A stretch of 64,000 nt of DNA from NCBI GenBank assembly GCA_002633005.1, contig NMRA01000619.1, forward strand, positions 145,528 through 209,527. The letters run 5' to 3'. Below the pieces are notes generated by a model that saw only the letters and a program-made list of their open reading frames with translations, was not told the origin of the DNA and did no database searches. This document shows positions 1 to 64,000 of the stretch, piece by piece. Each line of letters begins with the position of its first letter. Positions within the stretch are counted from its first letter, which is position 1. Source of the stretch: Phoronis australis. Lineage: Eukaryota; Animalia; Phoronida. A program made the translations under genes and the position numbers.

Positions 1-1711
1 TGAAGTTATTCAGAAGTTTTGAAAGTTGAACTGGTTTACAGCCAAAACAGGAATTGTTATTAGATTGAAGTTGACAGTTGTTATCTTAGGGAAAGTGGGA
101 GCCAAACATGTGATTAATCTCCTCATTTGCTTAATAAAAGGTCACATGTATAGAGCTAGGTTAAATTCCAGACCTCCCTGCTTGGAATGGCTGAAAAATG
201 ATATTTTTTGAATATCATAACATAGAAAAGGTAATTTACTTTAAGAGAATGAATTATGAGCACTTTAGAAAAAGGTCTATCCCTGTAGGACTTTTTGTCT
301 AACGATCTAATAATTACACGTGTGACTATAGTCGATTCCGGTGTGAATGGGGTGTGTATGGTCTTTATCAAATACGCTTGTGTATTTACACAAGGAGTAA
401 TGTTTATAACAAGCATCACGTTGTTCTTTAAGCTATAGTTGTGAATATAATAAACGTATTATGTCTGAAAAAAAGAATATAAAAAAATCAAACGAAACTA
501 AAATTAAACCACAGTTAATATTATCCTATCTCGAAAATTAAAAAAACACGCCATCTACTGTTTTGCAACAGATACGTCAGTTTTAACTCACATGCTATTT
601 TAGAAAAAGCAACTTCTTCGCATGTCGAGGCATGGGCCTCACTCGGATATAGGCGCACATTTACGTGCAGGCACGCAAGCCGAAATGCGCGCATTCTCTC
701 GAAAAAATGCTTTTTATTTCTTTTTCTTAAGAATCATTTTAAATAGCTCACGAAGAGCCATTCTTTCTAAATTAATACTCAATTAAAACGCATTTGTATA
801 TTCTGTAAAGTAACAACTCAGGTTGTGAGGCTGAACACTACTTGGTTTATCATGAGTGTGGAACATTTTGTATTCAGCACACCCATGAAATCATGGCAAC
901 AGTGACCACGCTTTGTTTTCAGTGTGGCCCTGAAGGCAAACTTCATTCACGGAATAACTCGTCACACATCTTTTAGTTCTCGGTAGCACCATCACATCTT
1001 GAGAATTCTCAGGTGGCGTGCGTTACAAAATAAAAACAAACAGGAACACGCGAAAACAAAAGGAGAATAAAACTATAGTTAGACCGAAAAGTTAAGCTAC
1101 ATTGAAAATGCCCAGTCATGGTCATTTACATGCCGTCCGATCAACAAGCTGATCGGACGTCTTATGTGAACATGCCAAGAATTGTACGACACTTGGACTA
1201 CCTCAAAATCCAACGCTGCCTGCTGGTTTGGTAATTGGCCCATTATGTTGCACACCTCATGCAGAGGCACAGAACAACGCGCGAGCTGTGGACAACATTT
1301 GGTTAAAATTCACAGGCTAAAAGTCACACGTCTTTTCCGACTTTAAAAATTCAAATACCAAACAACCTGTACTTATCATAAAAGATTCAAATATGCTATT
1401 TAAAGACTTTCACTAAAAATCGAAAATTAAAAAGAAAATTCGTCGACCCCAGTGTTTATTGTGGGTCTGATTATTCAAGAACATAACATCGGCAGCTTGA
1501 GGCAATTTAATTAACTACAACCGCATGAGGTCTTTGATCCGAAACGGCAATCCCTGAGGTAGGCAAACCGATCGAGTTGCCCAATCTCGACCGGTTCGTG
1601 TGTCAGGGTAAGATTCATATCATGAACCATCGCCAGACGTCTAACTGTCTTTTCTTATCATCTTGGGCCCCAAAACCAAAACAGCAAATCTGTCAGCTTA
1701 TCAGTGATATT

Positions 1712-2008
1712 CAGTGGCGGATTTAGGGGGGGGGGNCCATGCCCCCCCCCCCTAATTCTACGAGATACCATTTGGGAGTTCGGGTGCCCGCAAGCAGGGG
1801 CTCGTGGGGGGTGAATAAACAACGCATAGGCCCAGAACAAACTGAAGAAACCCCGTTTACCATTTTTATTTTTTAGTCAACAGGTCGCAACCCCAAACAT
1901 TCGAGGCCTCTGTGTCCCCACACTTTAGGCTGGGCGCGCGCATCTTTCGGAATTCTGGTCATTCCCATGCCCTGGCCCCCCTAACTCAAAATGCTGGATC
2001 CGCCCCTG
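1712..2008. mobile_element. hAT-like MITE (CAGTGGCGGAT...ATCCGCCCCTG termini)
   Basis: Short TIRs with G/C-run subtermini; related copies at ~5609-6432 and ~18180-18338. Confidence 0.6.
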
Positions 2009-3799
2009 ATGTTACTGTACTTCGGTTTTGCAGAGAGCTCCCTGTCTCTCACAAAAATTCTGAACACAATAGAGGTTCAATAATATTCATTTTCACTAGT
2101 CCACGTGTTGTATAGCTAAACTCGACCAACTCATCTCTTTCCACGCCTCTAAGCAAGGTCCTAAACCAATATTCAAGCAAGACCACACAGGTGAAGTCAT
2201 ATTCAATGTATATTATGCAACAGTTACTTGGGGTACAGATAAATATTCTTCAACAGATTTAAAAAGCTGCACCAAATACTTCAATACATAAGTAGAGGAT
2301 ACCAAAACACACCCATGAGAGTCAACGATCTAGCATACTTTGCACTGTGCACACGTAAATGCAGTACCATGGGGAATTTGACTCTGACTCTCTCCAAAAC
2401 CTAGGAACCAGTATTGATTCTTAGTCAAAACCAAACCTCAGAAAAGCGACAGATTTGAATGTTCAGTAGCAACCTAAATGAACTGTTTGATTAATGACTG
2501 ACGAAGCTATCCGCAATCAATATTTTGCAATCTGTTAAGACTAATCCACAAAAATCAATGTGCATGGGAATTTACTTGAAAAAGACTCAAATCAGAAAGT
2601 ACCACTTGAGGGTTTCCATCTTGCTGCATAACCTCGTAAAACGTCTTTTAAAGGCCTGCACATGGAAAGTCAGCATGAAGGTCCATAAACTTCAGGCGAA
2701 TTCCTGTTGTGCAGTATCAGATTAGCATCATGAAGTTAACTGGGAATTTTCAATTGACAAAAATCTTCCTTCCACCTTATTGTGTGAAACCTCTGTTCAC
2801 TACTTAAAATTAAACACTACACTGAAGACAACAACAACTACAAACTTTAAAACTCTAAAATTTGGGAAAACATTCATCAACCAAAACCTCAGAACAAACA
2901 TCAGTCCACCAGTTAAGTAAAACATTACAAATGAACTTAAGACAATAGTTACAAAAACTAAATCCACAAAATCTGGGAAAACAATCATAAGTCACAAATA
3001 GCACTGATCAAACCTGCTCAGATACTGATCGCACTTTCCTGAAATACTGGTAACTCAATTTTATAAATCATTCATAACTCCGCAACACAATTGATTTCAA
3101 GCTGACATGCTTTAATCGGACAATAAGAAAGTCTATCATGATGATGTATCCTCTCATTTAGTAGTTTGGAGTACATCAGTCAAGCCATTTATATGAAAAC
3201 GAAAAAAATGTTAAATTTTTTCAGTAAGAAGTCAAAATTTACCTAACACAAGTGCAGGACTCATTCCTAGGAAATGAAAGTACAAAGATGTTTCCAAGAA
3301 ATACACTGTACATGCTAGCTACAATGCCAAGCAGGGAATGGAGGAAAACAATGATTAAAGACACAGGCATCATGATCCGAACTAAAACAGGAATAGTGCA
3401 AATGCATGGACTAACTACACTGACACAAACATGAGCCAAGAAATAGCAAACAGGAGTTAAGCACCATTTTTGCAAAGTAGTTTAATAACTTAATTCATGA
3501 TATTAACAAAAAGATGGGCAGACCATTTGCCAATACAGACATCGCCAGAATGTGCATACAACCCATCCCAAAGAACAGACATACAAAAAGTTCTAATATA
3601 AATGGATAGACTCCATAAACAACAAGATCTATGTCGATACACTTAACTTCTACACAATTGTATCTGATACATAAGCCCCCCCCCACGAAGACATAAGTCC
3701 CCGCAAAGCCTTAATTGGTCAAACAATGACATAACACAGGATCATGCTCATGATGGTGAGGGCAAAAGGACATGCCACTGGTAGAACACAGGTTGTAGT

Positions 3800-62468
<58,669 letters not shown>

Positions 62469-63128
62469 TCAAATTTATATTTAAATTAAAAGGTTCCTGA
62501 AGTACAATAACATGCATTTTTGATGTAATTTAACTTAGGAATAAAGTCTATATCAGAAATCACATCTTTGTTATTCTTTCACATTTTTGTAAAAAAAGCT
62601 TTTTTCCAATTTGAATTCCCATTGGCTAACGCGCGTTTGACGTCACTGAGGCTGTATTGTGGGTGAAGGCAACGAGATAAATTAAGCTTATTATATATAT
62701 AGCTACAGAACTGTGCTTAATGTGTACAATTCATCTGCGATCTCGGATCTCAAAAGTTCCTAATACAAGTTTACTGCCGTGTAGTGTTGAATATTAGAGG
62801 ACGATTGCCGTTCTCGGCACCTGGCAGATAGGAAAGGGCCCCGACTGCGTAGCCAAGTCTTGATGCAAGCTGTATACTTAATATACAGCGGCCGTTGCAC
62901 CGACGTGGGTAAAAATTGATAAAATAAAATCTGAAACAAAATAAGTGTCATTAAAAATTATAATTCCTTGACTAAACTAAATTATTTACTGGTGTTGAAA
63001 AAATTGGCGTTATGTAATTCACTCTGCTGCTAAAATTTGGGTGAGCTCTTTATGGTCAGCTTTCGGCGCCATCACATGTTGCCTTATTGGCCAGTTTCGT
63101 TCCCCGAGTTGTTCTTCTTCCATCGTAT

Positions 63129-63660
63129 AACAAGAGCAATGCCGAGCGTTGAAATGCACAAACAAATGCATCACAAATTGTGTCGTACAAATGACCACTA
63201 AATTTAATAGAAATCTGTCATGGAACTTCAGAGAAACAAAGGAAAACAGAATAAAATGAAATTGCCACTATGGGGCACACTGTTCATTGGTTCCGCCTGA
63301 AAGTCGCCTTTGTTTGTTGTTAGCTTCATTTAAAATACACTAATTGTCTTACAAATTAAATTTAATAAAGATCCTGCAGTGGGTTTAGGAGATACAGCTA
63401 TGGACGCAAAACAAAACAACCACTAGGAGGCGCCACAGTAGTCAAAGTTGTCCTCGTTAACTGTCCTCTTCGTCAACCATTCTCTTCACACTGAGAACAT
63501 AAACGTCAATTTTCAAAACCATCCTTGGAATGATTTGGTTAATAGAGTGGTACACGCCAAAAAGAACAGACTAGAAAAGAGCAAAAATGGCCACTAGGTG
63601 GCGCAAAATACCTTGATTCCATCCGAAAATGGGAGGAAAGTGTCATCTCACCAATACACC
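63129..63660 (+). mobile_element. Copy of the HINE-like element at 12919-14569
   Basis: aacaagagcaatgccgagcgttgaaatgcac start; ccactaggaggcgccacagtagtc unit. Confidence 0.7.
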
Positions 63661-64000
63661 TAATTCACGTGGCAGACATTAAAATCCAAAGCGTGGCTCA
63701 CTGCGATAAACAAAGCCGAAGTTAACATTGGGTGAGTTAAATGGCCGTTTTTTCGAGACCAACCTGGATATTAAATCTTAAAAATGTGTCGATAATTAAC
63801 CACGGAGACGTAGAAAAATACATTAGTTAATGCACCAAAGAGTAGGCTGACAAAAGGGTATATTTTTTGGAAAACTAGGTTTGAAACATGAAAAGTAAAT
63901 ATCACCAAATTGCAGCGATTCTAGTGTTATGGAAGATATAGGTATTATGCTGAATACAGGGTTACGTTTCTTTTTGTAAATTATAGATAAAAATGCTTTC

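Overview
Animal (invertebrate-type, AT-rich, repeat-dense) genomic DNA. The window is spanned on the minus strand by the 3' two-thirds of an ABCC1/MRP1-like ABC transporter gene. 19 intact coding exons were traced by hand from 62396 to the TAA at 3800-3802; many are the same length and phase as human ABCC1 exons 13-31, and the 5' part lies beyond the window end. Main oddities: (i) three tandem copies of the exon-23 equivalent (TMD2), a mutually exclusive-type cassette in which only one copy is intact, one keeps both splice sites and its 311-nt length but has an in-frame TAG, and one is frameshifted; (ii) the NBD1 Walker-A exon is absent, at a single-N assembly join; (iii) non-conservative changes at conserved MRP1 residues (W1246-equivalent is Cys, R1138-equivalent is Thr); (iv) a minisatellite built from an exon's own 5' splice junction. 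The introns are filled with nested transposable elements: TTAA-targeting THAP-encoding Kolobok-like elements, Penelope-like GIY-YIG remnants with minimal hammerhead-ribozyme motifs, a pogo/Tigger-like element with a HIRAN-like fragment, Harbinger, BEL/Pao, Gypsy, L1/Tx1, CR1/RTE-X-like and RNase H LINE remnants, Helentron-like HINEs and MITEs. All family assignments come from motif recognition, not database searches.
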